From an uncultured Gammaproteobacteria bacterium (GTDB lineage Bacteria > Patescibacteriota > Patescibacteriia > Magasanikbacterales > 2-02-FULL-50-9b): a stretch of 40,861 bases of DNA. Numbering within the stretch: position 1 is the stretch's first letter; every line of letters starts with the position of its first letter. Shown here piece after piece: positions 1 through 9,226 of this stretch. Below the pieces are notes generated by a model. It was not told the DNA's origin. It saw only the letters and a list, made by a program, of their open reading frames with translations, and did not search any database. The DNA is taken from NCBI GenBank assembly GCA_964623315.1, contig CAZUSU010000031.1:1-40861 (forward strand). Direction: 5' to 3'. The translations under genes were made by a program, and so were the position numbers.

Positions 1-1
1 G

Positions 2-1342
2 GCAACAATTGCCGGTGTGTTTATTCCGATTTTGTGCGGCAGTGCGTTAAAAAATAAAGGTGTGCAGTTTTTGCTTGACGCCATTGTTGATTATCTCCCG
101 TCGCCACTGGACATTCCGCCGGTGCGTTGTACGGATCCGGATGATGATACAAAAGTAATTTTCCGCCACGCCGATGATTCAGAACCGTTTACGGCTTTAG
201 CATTTAAAGTTGCCACCGATCCGTTTGTCGGAAAATTAACTTTTTTTCGTGTCTATTCCGGAACATTGAAAGCCGGTTCGTATGCGTTGAATTCTTCCAC
301 CGGCGAAAAAGAACGGTTTGGACGCATTGTGCGTTTGCACGCCAACACGCGCGAAGATGTGGATGAAGTGTACGCCGGTGACATTGCCGCGGCTGTTGGT
401 TTAAAATCAACGACCACCGGTAACACGCTGTGCGCAGAAGACGCGCCGGTTGTCATGGAAAAAATTAGTTTTCCGGAGCCGGTTATTTCACTTGCCATTG
501 AACCAAAAACAAAACAGGATCAGGAAAAGATGGGCATGGCGTTGCAAAAACTTGCAGAAGAAGACCCTACCTTCCGCGTGCACACGGACGAAGAAACGAT
601 GCAAACGATTATTGCCGGCATGGGCGAATTGCATCTGGATATTATTGTGGATCGCATGAAGCGTGAATTTAAAGTGGAAGCAAATGTCGGTGCGCCGCAG
701 GTGGCGTTCAAAGAAACAATTCGCAACGGCGCCGAGGCAGAAGGGAAGTATATTAAGCAGTCCGGCGGGCGCGGTCAGTACGGCCATTGCTGGGTGAAAG
801 TTGAACCCAACGAAAAAGGCGCCGGTTTTGAATTTATTGATGAAATTAGAGGTGGCGTTATTCCGAAAGAATACATCGCGCCGATTCAAAAAGGTATTAA
901 AGAAACGATGGATCGCGGCGTGCTGGCCGGATATCCAATGCTTGATATTAAAGCAACGGTGTTTGACGGTTCATACCATGAAGTTGACTCCTCGGAAGCG
1001 GCGTTTAAAGTTGCCGGCTCAATAGCGTTTAAAGAAGCGTGTCAAAAGGCCGGTCTCATGTTGCTGGAACCAATTATGAAAGTTGAAGTGCTGACGCCGG
1101 AAGCAAATATGGGCGATGTGATTGGCAATATTTCGTCCAAGCGCGGCGTGGTGCGCGAAATGCGCGACCGCGTGGGGATTAAAGTGATTGATTCCGAAAT
1201 TCCTTTGGCGTCCATGTTTGGCTACGCCACCGAATTGCGTTCCATGACCCAAGGCCGCGCTTCGTACTCCATGGAATTTTCTCATTATGCTGAAGTGCCG
1301 GCCAATGTGGCAAAGGAAGTGGTGGAAGGACGGAAGAAATAA
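2..1342 (+). CDS. fusA: Elongation factor G, C-terminal ~446 codons (5' end lies upstream of the window)
   Basis: Frame open from nt 2; [40 protein letters not shown] and EF-G domain IV/V sequence; TAA at 1340-1342. Confidence 0.96.
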   Translation, partial: ATIAGVFIPILCGSALKNKGVQFLLDAIVDYLPSPLDIPPVRCTDPDDDTKVIFRHADDSEPFTALAFKVATDPFVGKLTFFRVYSGTLKAGSYALNSSTGEKERFGRIVRLHANTREDVDEVYAGDIAAAVGLKSTTTGNTLCAEDAPVVMEKISFPEPVISLAIEPKTKQDQEKMGMALQKLAEEDPTFRVHTDEETMQTIIAGMGELHLDIIVDRMKREFKVEANVGAPQVAFKETIRNGAEAEGKYIKQSGGRGQYGHCWVKVEPNEKGAGFEFIDEIRGGVIPKEYIAPIQKGIKETMDRGVLAGYPMLDIKATVFDGSYHEVDSSEAAFKVAGSIAFKEACQKAGLMLLEPIMKVEVLTPEANMGDVIGNISSKRGVVREMRDRVGIKVIDSEIPLASMFGYATELRSMTQGRASYSMEFSHYAEVPANVAKEVVEGRKK

Positions 1343-1352
1343 AAATGTCCAG

Positions 1353-1514
1353 CTACCAAATTGCTCCGATCCGCTGTACGAGACTACTCGTGGTGCCATA
1401 CGCACCACTCATCTTCCTCCGCACATTCGCCATGTGCAACGTAAAGTTGCACGCGAATGTTTGTGCGCAGTCTCGTCCATCGGATCGGAGCAATTTGGCA
1501 GGGAGATTTTTTTT
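1353..1514 (+). other. Multi-stem structured element ending in a T8 run; candidate ncRNA, elaborate fusA terminator or MITE-like inverted-repeat element
   Basis: Perfect 18-bp inverted repeat 1356-1373/1481-1498 continued by 1378-1385/1469-1476; internal hairpins 1390-1408 and 1434-1452; helix 1420-1430/1453-1467; TTTTTTTT 1507-1514. Confidence 0.35.
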
Positions 1515-1585
1515 GCATTTTATAAATCGGGATGTTCCCAAAAAGAATTGGGGTAATTGCGTATGAATAATTTTAATTTTTCGAT

Positions 1586-1621
1586 AAAAAAAAACGCACT
1601 AACTCCTCCGAAGTCAGTGCG
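1586..1621 (-). terminator. Rho-independent terminator of the minus-strand gene 1640-2407
   Basis: On the minus strand CGCACTGAC-loop-GTTAGTGCG (9 bp with one G-U) followed by T9; 18 nt after the TAG stop. The same stem has an A-C mismatch on the plus strand. Confidence 0.7.
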
Positions 1622-1639
1622 TGTGTGATTGTAGGCGTG

Positions 1640-2407
1640 CTACTTCCGGCGCGCCGCGTCCATGGCAGCGAGGTAGGCCGCGACCGGAGCGCTCGCCGCG
1701 ATCATTTCGAAACCGATGCCGGACTCATCGTGTGCCACCGCGATCAGTTGGTAGAAGTGCCACAGGTGGTCGAAGTACTTCGCCGCGATCCTCTTGGCAG
1801 TCGGTAGCCGCAACCACGTTTCCCACTCCGTGGAGCTGAACACGCCGTCTGTGATGACGAGCGGGTTGCTGTACGTAGAGTCCGGCGTGCTTCGCATGCC
1901 AAGCCAGCGTGGGTCGGTCGGCGGCAAACCGTGGTGGGACTGCGCCGCCCGCACGATGACGAGCGGGTTGATGTTCGCCAGCCGGTCTGCGTCCTTCAGG
2001 ATGATGGTGATCGGTTCATCCGCATCATCGTTTGGCTTGTTGTGATTCAGAACGGCGGAGAGAATATTATGCCACCACCGGATCACAGCCGAGTTTTCTG
2101 GACACCAATCAAGCGCGTCGCGCAGGAAGTCGGTCTGGTCGGTTGCGTCGGGAATGAACCGGTCGATTGAGTGGAGCATGGCCGCCACCCATGCCGCTTC
2201 GTGCAGTTCGGTGGAGTCGCCAGACAAGTCGTCGGCAATCACGAGTGCGTATCCAGCGACCATGAGATCGTGGAACAGGTCGTGCGCCGAACCCCATGAC
2301 GCGTGCTGTTCGTGGAATTGGCACATGCGCGTGAACAGTTTCCAGTACCTCTGTTGCACCGTCATCTGCCGACGGTCCACTGGGGTTTTTTTCCACAAAA
2401 GCGACAC
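1640..2407 (-). CDS. Hypothetical protein, GC-rich, with weak HD-phosphohydrolase-like motifs (AHDLFHD, MLHSIDR, LKDADRLANI)
   Basis: 255-codon ORF, GTG start with AAGGAGG 4 nt upstream, own terminator; function assignment is only motif-level. Confidence 0.65.
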   Translation of the reverse strand: MSLLWKKTPVDRRQMTVQQRYWKLFTRMCQFHEQHASWGSAHDLFHDLMVAGYALVIADDLSGDSTELHEAAWVAAMLHSIDRFIPDATDQTDFLRDALDWCPENSAVIRWWHNILSAVLNHNKPNDDADEPITIILKDADRLANINPLVIVRAAQSHHGLPPTDPRWLGMRSTPDSTYSNPLVITDGVFSSTEWETWLRLPTAKRIAAKYFDHLWHFYQLIAVAHDESGIGFEMIAASAPVAAYLAAMDAARRK

Positions 2408-2490
2408 GGATCCTCCTTGTTGTGTGGCAGGGTGCCACGCGGTTGTTGCGGCGTAACGGTATCAGATGTGCCCCCGAATGTCAACCGCCC

Positions 2491-4122
2491 TCACCACCCG
2501 TACACCTCCACCCCGTTTTGCGCATACAATTTTGGAAACGATGCTACCAATTCTAATTTCCACGGCGCGTCAGTCATGCGATCCACCACGATGAATCGCA
2601 CGTTATATTGTTGCAACCAGTCACGCAGACGGCGTGCGCGTACGGTGTATAGCGCCGACTGCACCTGATTGCGCAGGAACGCCGGATTAATGCAGTCCGC
2701 CGTCAGAGGGCGCACCAAACAGACGCCGCCCAGTAACCAGTACTGGTTGGCGCGAATAAATTCATCGGTTATGGCGTCGCCGTAGTGCGCCACAAAAAAA
2801 CGCTGTTGCAGTTCCTGCGTTGGTAAGGGTGACATGCCGGCCAGAAATCCGTGCACCACGGTGTTGTGTGTGTATATTGGTACGAGATCTGACAGCGCGT
2901 CATTCGTATAAATCGTCACGTCGCGCGGCGTATGTTCATTGAGCCACGTGAACAGCGGTGCATAGCGCTGGGCGTTTGCTGTCGTCGCGTCGCGCGTCCA
3001 CTGTTTTGCCAACGTTGATTGAATGAAAAAAAGCGACACCACGCACGCGCACACGAAAAATACTTTATGGCTCCGGCGCGACGTAAAAATTCCGGCGCGC
3101 GTTGCGGCAAGCGCCACTGCCAGCGCCGCCATATACACGCCCACCATTTTATAATGACTGGCAAACAACACGTTTTGATTCGTAATAATTTGTTGGTTGC
3201 TTGCGATGATAATTGCAAACAAAGCGGATACTAGCAGTACGGCATTGCCATTGTCTGTTTTTTTAAAACGGGTGACGAGTCCGAGTAATAAAAGCGCGCC
3301 TGTCGCAACAAATAAAATCGTCCACGAACCGGGTGCGCGTGTTTGAATGGCGCCCCAGCGCAGGAGCGTTTCAATATACACCGGCAGATGTATGGCGCGC
3401 CACAGATCCAAAAAATAAAAGCCGCCGAGCAACAATCCGCCGCCGATTATTACTCCGAGTTGCGCCGCAGTGCGCCACGATTTTTTCCATAAAAAATACA
3501 GCGCCAGCAGGCCGCACCACATTACGGCAAACGACCAATAATAAAAATAGGTGTAAATAAGGGCGGCTAATACTATTGCCCCTGCAGAAACGGAGAGCCA
3601 CGAACGCGTGCGATGCCACCACAACAGCGCCACCATAAACCCTAACAGCACCACCAGATTAAACTGTGGGCTTATCGGCCGGTTCATGATTTCAAAAAAG
3701 ATGCCACCTTGCACCACGATCATCGCAATTAATCCGGCGTCGCGCGAATCCGTGATGCGCCATGCCACCATATAAAATAAAAACGCCGCAAGCGCCGGCA
3801 ACACAAAATCAAGCGCAAGCGCAAAGTGCGCCACGGACACGCCCAGCACGCGCGCGAGCGACCCCAAAAAACATTCCGCCAACCACGGCGTAATGGGCGG
3901 CGCAAGTTTATATTCTGCAATATATGGACTCACGGCGCGACAATTTCCCTCACGCGCTTCTTTTATGCGTCCCAAATAATACGCTTCGTCGTCGCTCACT
4001 ATTTTATACACACCGGCAAATCCTTGTATGCGCCAAGAGCCGATGAGCGGGCCGGCAACGGTTAACAACCCAATGATGATGGCAAAAATAAACGCGATTT
4101 TGTGTTTCATGCCACCTATCAT
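2491..4122 (-). CDS. Polytopic integral membrane protein with C-terminal soluble domain; possibly a GT-C (ArnT/PMT-like) glycosyltransferase
   Basis: ORF 2491-4194; many hydrophobic segments after MIGGMKHKIAFIFAIIIGLL. Start uncertain: ATG 4122, ATG 4110 or GTG 4194. Function is a guess from topology only. Confidence 0.8.
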   Translation of the reverse strand: MIGGMKHKIAFIFAIIIGLLTVAGPLIGSWRIQGFAGVYKIVSDDEAYYLGRIKEAREGNCRAVSPYIAEYKLAPPITPWLAECFLGSLARVLGVSVAHFALALDFVLPALAAFLFYMVAWRITDSRDAGLIAMIVVQGGIFFEIMNRPISPQFNLVVLLGFMVALLWWHRTRSWLSVSAGAIVLAALIYTYFYYWSFAVMWCGLLALYFLWKKSWRTAAQLGVIIGGGLLLGGFYFLDLWRAIHLPVYIETLLRWGAIQTRAPGSWTILFVATGALLLLGLVTRFKKTDNGNAVLLVSALFAIIIASNQQIITNQNVLFASHYKMVGVYMAALAVALAATRAGIFTSRRSHKVFFVCACVVSLFFIQSTLAKQWTRDATTANAQRYAPLFTWLNEHTPRDVTIYTNDALSDLVPIYTHNTVVHGFLAGMSPLPTQELQQRFFVAHYGDAITDEFIRANQYWLLGGVCLVRPLTADCINPAFLRNQVQSALYTVRARRLRDWLQQYNVRFIVVDRMTDAPWKLELVASFPKLYAQNGVEVYGW

Positions 4123-4194
4123 ACCGCAAAGTTGACACGTTTTGCTAATTGATTTATTATGTTGCATAAGAGAGTAATGGCACTTTATCCACAC

Positions 4195-4223
4195 TTGCGT
4201 GTTTTATCGCTCTCTGCTATAGT
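4195..4223 (+). promoter_or_regulatory. Candidate sigma70-type promoter for tuf
   Basis: TTGCGT (4195-4200), 17-nt spacer, TATAGT (4218-4223); 51 nt upstream of tuf ATG. Confidence 0.4.
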
Positions 4224-4274
4224 GTAGCCCATCTTAAAACCATTTAAAATCGCTTAACAGCGCCAAAAAAAAGT

Positions 4275-5465
4275 ATGGCAAAATTCGAACGCACAAAACC
4301 ACACGTTAACGTCGGTACTATTGGCCACGTTGACCATGGTAAGACCACCCTCACCGCCGCCATTTTGGCAGTTGCATCTGCGAATGGTTATCAGGCAACC
4401 AAAAAGAGGGTAGACGAAATTGACGCCGCCCCAGAAGAAAAGGCGCGCGGTATTACCATTTCAACGGCCCACGTTGAATATGAATCATCGGCGCGTCACT
4501 ATGCGCACGTTGACTGTCCGGGTCACGCGGATTATGTCAAGAACATGATCACCGGTGCCGCACAAATGGACGGCGCGATTTTGGTGGTTGCGGCAACGGA
4601 CGGCCCCATGCCGCAGACCCGCGAACACATTTTGCTCGCTCGTCAGGTAGGTGTTCCTTATATTGTCGTATTCCTTAACAAGGTTGACATGGTTTCAGAT
4701 CCAGAATTGATTGACTTGGTTGAAGAGGAAATCCGCGACTTACTTACCAAATATGAATTCCCCGGCGCAACAACGCCTATCATTCGTGGTTCGGCGCTCA
4801 AAGCGCTAGAAAATCCGAGCGATAAAGACGGCGCGGCAAAACCGGTTCTTGATCTTCTTGCCGCACTTGATGCGCACATTCCAGAGCCAAAGCGCGAAAC
4901 AGACAAACCGTTCCTCATGCCTGTGGAAGATGTTTTTTCCATTGAAGGTCGCGGAACGGTGGTTACCGGTCGCATTGAGCGCGGTATGGTCAAAATCAAC
5001 GATGAAGTAGAAATCGTCGGCCTCATGGACACGCGTAAAACAGTGGTTACCGGCATTGAAATGTTCAACAAACAGTTGGACGAAGGTATGGCCGGCGACA
5101 ACGCAGGGTTGTTACTCCGCGGTACCAAGAAGGACGAAGTTGAGCGCGGTATGGTACTTGCCAAACCGAGTTCCATTACGCCTCACACGGAATTTGAAGC
5201 GCAGATGTACTGCCTCACCAAAGAAGAAGGTGGCCGTCACAAGCCGTTTTTCAACGGCTACAAACCGCAGTTTTATATTCGCACCACGGATGTAACGGGT
5301 GAAGTGACTCTGCCAGCTGGTACAGAAATGGTAATGCCCGGAGACAACATCAAACTGGTGGTCAAGCTCATCACGCCGGTTGCCATAGAAGACCAGATGC
5401 GTTTTGCCATCCGCGAAGGTGGACGGACGGTCGGCGCAGGTGTGGTTACAAAAATTATTAAATAA
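4275..5465 (+). CDS. tuf: Elongation factor Tu
   Basis: 396 aa full length; [22 protein letters not shown] GTPase motifs. Confidence 0.98.
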   Translation: MAKFERTKPHVNVGTIGHVDHGKTTLTAAILAVASANGYQATKKRVDEIDAAPEEKARGITISTAHVEYESSARHYAHVDCPGHADYVKNMITGAAQMDGAILVVAATDGPMPQTREHILLARQVGVPYIVVFLNKVDMVSDPELIDLVEEEIRDLLTKYEFPGATTPIIRGSALKALENPSDKDGAAKPVLDLLAALDAHIPEPKRETDKPFLMPVEDVFSIEGRGTVVTGRIERGMVKINDEVEIVGLMDTRKTVVTGIEMFNKQLDEGMAGDNAGLLLRGTKKDEVERGMVLAKPSSITPHTEFEAQMYCLTKEEGGRHKPFFNGYKPQFYIRTTDVTGEVTLPAGTEMVMPGDNIKLVVKLITPVAIEDQMRFAIREGGRTVGAGVVTKIIK

Positions 5466-5477
5466 TGGTGTAGAGTT

Positions 5478-5507
5478 AGCGAGCCGCATTACAAAGTGCG
5501 GCTCGTT
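5478..5507 (+). other. Hairpin between tuf and rpsJ (possible weak terminator or processing site)
   Basis: GAGCCGCA-loop-TGCGGCTC (5481-5488/5497-5504), extendable to 11 bp; no clear T run. Confidence 0.3.
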
Positions 5508-5537
5508 GTACTCCATAGCATGTGGAGAAAGAATGAC

Positions 5538-5882
5538 ATGAGTACCGTCGCAGAAGTAAAACAGAAGAAAGGGGAAGAATCATCCGCCCGCATTCGTTTG
5601 CGTGTTAAGGCGTATGACCACATTATGATTGACGCGGCAACGCGCACCATCATGGAAGCGATTGAACGCTCGGGCGCCAAAGTGCACGGGCCGGTTCCGC
5701 TCCCCACGGAAATTGAAAAATTCACCGTGAATCGGTCTACGTTTGTGCACAAGGATGCACGTGAGCAATTTGAGCGACGCACGCACTGTCGGCTCATTGA
5801 TATTGTGGAGCCAACGGCAAAAACCGTTGAACTGCTTCGTTCGTTGTCCCTTCCATCCGGCGTTCGGGTGGAGATCAAATAG
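5538..5882 (+). CDS. rpsJ: 30S ribosomal protein S10
   Basis: Frame of ORF 5496-5882; start moved to ATG 5538 (GGAGA 9 nt upstream); [11 protein letters not shown]... S10 family. Confidence 0.95.
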   Translation: MSTVAEVKQKKGEESSARIRLRVKAYDHIMIDAATRTIMEAIERSGAKVHGPVPLPTEIEKFTVNRSTFVHKDAREQFERRTHCRLIDIVEPTAKTVELLRSLSLPSGVRVEIK

Positions 5883-5912
5883 AACAGATTTCTTGCAGGA
5901 AGGAAAAGAAGT

Positions 5913-5976
5913 CAGAAGTGTGCGCGGCGCGTCTCTATTTTAAGAGATACGGCCGCACAAAAACTTCTGGTTTTTT
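5913..5976 (+). terminator. Terminator/attenuator-like long imperfect hairpin plus T6 between rpsJ and rplC
   Basis: Outer stem CAGAAGT 5913-5919 / ACTTCTG 5963-5969, inner GTGCG.../...CGCAC and TCT/AGA pairs, then GTTTTTTG 5970-5977. Confidence 0.45.
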
Positions 5977-5986
5977 GTTACTTAAT

Positions 5987-6652
5987 ATGAGATTCATGAT
6001 TGGACGCAAAATAAACATGACGCAGGTGTTTCGTGCTGATGGCAGTGTGGTACCGGTCACACGCATTTCTGCCACGCCGCTCACCGTCACCCAGATCAAA
6101 ACAGAAAAGAATGGCACACCGGTGGCCGTTCAGGTTGGGTGTGGCGTAAAAAAACATCCAAACAAAGCTCTGCTTGGCCATCTCAAAGATCTTCCTTCAC
6201 ATGCAACTCTGCGCGAATTTCCCACATCACAGAATTTAAAACGCGGCGATACCATTTCTTTGGAAACATTTACCGCCGGCGACTTGGTTGATGCCATCGG
6301 CATATCAAAGGGTCGCGGTTTTGCCGGTGTGGTTAAGCGTCACCATTTCCGTGGCGGTCCGGCATCACATGGTCACAAAGATAACCTCCGTGCGCCGGGT
6401 TCCATTGGTGCCGGTGGGGTGCAACGCGTGTTTAAGGGTATGCGCATGGCCGGTCATATGGGTGATGCACGCATTACGGTAAAAAATTTAGAAATTGTTG
6501 CCGTTGATTCGGCGAATAATGAAATTTTGGTAAAGGGTGCGGTGCCGGGAGCGCGCAATTCAGTCATTATTTTACAGTCATTGAAAGGTGATGTAAAAGT
6601 GCAAGAAGCTCCGGTCACCGAGGCGGTTGCCGAAGTAACCGAAGCGGTATAA
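5987..6652 (+). CDS. rplC: 50S ribosomal protein L3
   Basis: ORF 5918-6652, start moved to ATG 5987 (MRFMIGRKINMTQVF matches L3 N-terminus; ATG 5996 also possible). Confidence 0.95.
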   Translation: MRFMIGRKINMTQVFRADGSVVPVTRISATPLTVTQIKTEKNGTPVAVQVGCGVKKHPNKALLGHLKDLPSHATLREFPTSQNLKRGDTISLETFTAGDLVDAIGISKGRGFAGVVKRHHFRGGPASHGHKDNLRAPGSIGAGGVQRVFKGMRMAGHMGDARITVKNLEIVAVDSANNEILVKGAVPGARNSVIILQSLKGDVKVQEAPVTEAVAEVTEAV

Positions 6653-6655
6653 TAT

Positions 6656-7288
6656 ATGTCAGTCAAACTCGCAACGTACAACCTAAAAGGCGAACGCACC
6701 GACGATACGACAACGGATAGCGCTTTGTTTTCTCAAAAAATGAAGCCAACGGTAGTGCACGATGCGTATGTAATTGCCATGGGAAACCAGCGCCAAGGTG
6801 GCGCCAACACCTTAACCAAGGGTGAAGTGCGTGGCGGTGGTAAAAAACCGTGGAAGCAAAAAGGGACCGGTCGCGCGCGTCACGGTTCTTCACGTTCGCC
6901 TATCTGGGTGGGCGGTGGCATAACGTTTGGTCCGCGTAAAGAGAAAAATTTTAAACGCAAAATAAATAAAGAGCAGGTGCGGTTGGCGCTCCGCATGGTG
7001 TTGTCAGATCGCGCCGCACAAAAAAAGATTTTGGTTTTAACGGATTGGAACACAGAAGGCAAAACAAAACTGTTTGCCGCTTTCTTAAAATCTGCAGGCA
7101 TATTGGGTCGCAGTATTTTGGTGGTTACACCACAGACGGACGCCCGCGCATATCGCAGTGGCCGCAATGTACCGCGCGTACACGTCCTGCCGGCAAACGA
7201 AGTTAATATCGTGCCGCTGTTTGAGCATCAATATGTGGTGGTAAGTCCGGACACCATTACCACATTAGAAAAACTGTTTCTGAAATAA
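6656..7288 (+). CDS. rplD: 50S ribosomal protein L4
   Basis: 210 aa, GGGKKPWKQKGTGRARHGS motif, operon position. Confidence 0.95.
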   Translation: MSVKLATYNLKGERTDDTTTDSALFSQKMKPTVVHDAYVIAMGNQRQGGANTLTKGEVRGGGKKPWKQKGTGRARHGSSRSPIWVGGGITFGPRKEKNFKRKINKEQVRLALRMVLSDRAAQKKILVLTDWNTEGKTKLFAAFLKSAGILGRSILVVTPQTDARAYRSGRNVPRVHVLPANEVNIVPLFEHQYVVVSPDTITTLEKLFLK

Positions 7289-7289
7289 T

Positions 7290-7685
7290 ATGGGTATTTT
7301 TTCACGCAACAAAAAAAACAGCGCACCGGCGGCGGATCAGCACACACACGCGCCAGCGGCAGAACCACCGGTACAGAAGCGACCGGACGCCGTAAAAAAG
7401 GCGGTCGGTATTGGTGCAACTAAATTTTTGGTACGCCCATTGGTGACAGAAAAATCCGCGCTGGCCCAGAAACACGACACCTACACCTTTGTGGTACAGC
7501 CACGTGCATCAAAGCGCGCCGTTAAAGAAGCGGTAGAAAAAGTGTACGGCGTGCGCGTCATTCAAGTACGCACGAGCCGGTATGATGGAAAGAAAGTGCG
7601 TTCCGGTCGCATTAATGGAACACGCAGTGCGTTTAAAAAAGCATTTGTCACCGTGGCCAAAGGCCAGACAATCTCATTTGCATAA
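7290..7685 (+). CDS. rplW: 50S ribosomal protein L23 with ~45-aa N-terminal extension
   Basis: L23 core LVRPLVTEKS...; ATG 1 nt after rplD stop. Confidence 0.9.
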   Translation: MGIFSRNKKNSAPAADQHTHAPAAEPPVQKRPDAVKKAVGIGATKFLVRPLVTEKSALAQKHDTYTFVVQPRASKRAVKEAVEKVYGVRVIQVRTSRYDGKKVRSGRINGTRSAFKKAFVTVAKGQTISFA

Positions 7686-7693
7686 CGCATACT

Positions 7694-8530
7694 ATGCCAG
7701 TCAGAAAATACAAACCAACCACTAACGCACGTCGCAATTCAAGTGTTGACACCTTTGCCGATTTGACCAAACATGAACCGGAAAAATCGCTGGTTGTGTT
7801 TCGCGCATCAACGGGCGGTCGTAACAACACCGGTAAAATTACGGTGCGCCATCGTGGCGGCGCGCGTCGGTATGTGCGTTTGGTAGATTTTATCGGAGAT
7901 AAATACGACATGCCGGCAACGGTTATAGCCATTGAATACGATCCGAATCGCGGTCCACGTTTGGCACTTTTACAGTATGCCGATGGTGAAAAGCGCTATA
8001 TGATTGCGCCAAATGGTTTGGCGGTCGGCGCAAAGGTTTTGTCATCCCGCACCGCGATTGAAGCCATAACCGGCGCACGCATGCCGCTTAGATTTATTCC
8101 CGTTGGTTTACAGGTGCATAATATTGAATTAAAACCTCTGCAAGGCGGCAAATTAGTGCGCGGCGCAGGTCTTGGCGCGCAAGTTATGGCACTTGAAAAC
8201 GGTTTGGTGACACTGCGCATGCCATCCGGCGAAGTGCGCATGGTGGTGCAAGATGCGGCCGCAACGGTGGGGGATGTCGGCAATTCAGATCACAACCTTA
8301 TTCGTTGGGGTAAGGCAGGTCGCATGCGCCATCGAGGTATTCGGCCAACGGTGCGTGGTAAAGCGATGAATCCGGTGGATCACCCGCACGGCGGTGGTGA
8401 AGGTCGCAACCCGATTGGTTTGAAGTTTGCCAAAACGCCGTGGGGTAAACATGCGATGGGCGTTAAAACGCGCAAGCATAATAAATATAGCGCACCGTTT
8501 ATTGTCACGCGCCGCGCCAAAAAGAAATAA
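7694..8530 (+). CDS. rplB: 50S ribosomal protein L2
   Basis: 278 aa; [25 protein letters not shown] motifs. Confidence 0.97.
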   Translation: MPVRKYKPTTNARRNSSVDTFADLTKHEPEKSLVVFRASTGGRNNTGKITVRHRGGARRYVRLVDFIGDKYDMPATVIAIEYDPNRGPRLALLQYADGEKRYMIAPNGLAVGAKVLSSRTAIEAITGARMPLRFIPVGLQVHNIELKPLQGGKLVRGAGLGAQVMALENGLVTLRMPSGEVRMVVQDAAATVGDVGNSDHNLIRWGKAGRMRHRGIRPTVRGKAMNPVDHPHGGGEGRNPIGLKFAKTPWGKHAMGVKTRKHNKYSAPFIVTRRAKKK

Positions 8531-8534
8531 TTAT

Positions 8535-8879
8535 ATGTCTCGTAGCAGTAAAAAAGGTCCATTCCTTAACGCAAAATTGATGGAAAAAGTGTCGCGCCTC
8601 AAATCAGGCGATAAATTTGTTATCAAAACGTGGGCGCGCGCAAGCACTATCACACCGGAGATGGTCGGACACACCTTTGCCGTTCATAACGGTAAAGATT
8701 TTTTAACGGTTTTGGTCGTGGAAAATATGGTGGGGCATAAGCTGGGCGAATTTTCATTGACTCGCAAGTTTATTCGTCATGGCGGCAAATTGGCCAAAGA
8801 TGAAGCGTCAGCGCCAAAGACATCCTCTGCGGCCACTGCGGCACCGGTCAGCGCGGTTAAGAGCGCGCCAAAGAAATAA
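8535..8879 (+). CDS. rpsS: 30S ribosomal protein S19 with ~30-aa Ala/Ser/Lys C-terminal tail
   Basis: ORF 8427-8879, start moved to ATG 8535 ([10 protein letters not shown]). Confidence 0.95.
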   Translation: MSRSSKKGPFLNAKLMEKVSRLKSGDKFVIKTWARASTITPEMVGHTFAVHNGKDFLTVLVVENMVGHKLGEFSLTRKFIRHGGKLAKDEASAPKTSSAATAAPVSAVKSAPKK

Positions 8880-8880
8880 T

Positions 8881-9225
8881 ATGAACACCACCGCTTCACT
8901 TCATATGGTTCGCCAATCATGTCGTAAAATACGACTTATCGCTAACATGGTGCGCGGCAAAAAAGCGCTGGACGCCATTACGACGCTTCAATTTGTGCGT
9001 CGCGATGCGGCACCGGTGGTGCGCAAATTAATTGCGAGCGCCGTGGCAAATGCAGAAAACGCGCATAAGGCAGACCCGTCCTCGCTGTGGATTTCCAGCA
9101 TCATGGTTGATAACGCCGGATTCATCAAACGGTTCCGACCGCGAGCCATGGGTCGTGCCGCAGAAATTCATAAACATATGTCGCACGTGAAACTCACGTT
9201 GTCCGACGAACCGAAAAAGAAATAA
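8881..9225 (+). CDS. rplV: 50S ribosomal protein L22
   Basis: ORF 8779-9225, start moved to ATG 8881, 1 nt after rpsS stop; L22 family sequence. Confidence 0.95.
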   Translation: MNTTASLHMVRQSCRKIRLIANMVRGKKALDAITTLQFVRRDAAPVVRKLIASAVANAENAHKADPSSLWISSIMVDNAGFIKRFRPRAMGRAAEIHKHMSHVKLTLSDEPKKK

Positions 9226-9226
9226 T

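Noticed and set aside
4111-4123. TATGAT box 7 nt upstream of ATG 4110, as a fourth leaderless promoter
   Set aside because: The box itself contains the in-frame ATG 4122, which is an equally good start, and no convincing -35 exists. The case is too ambiguous to count.
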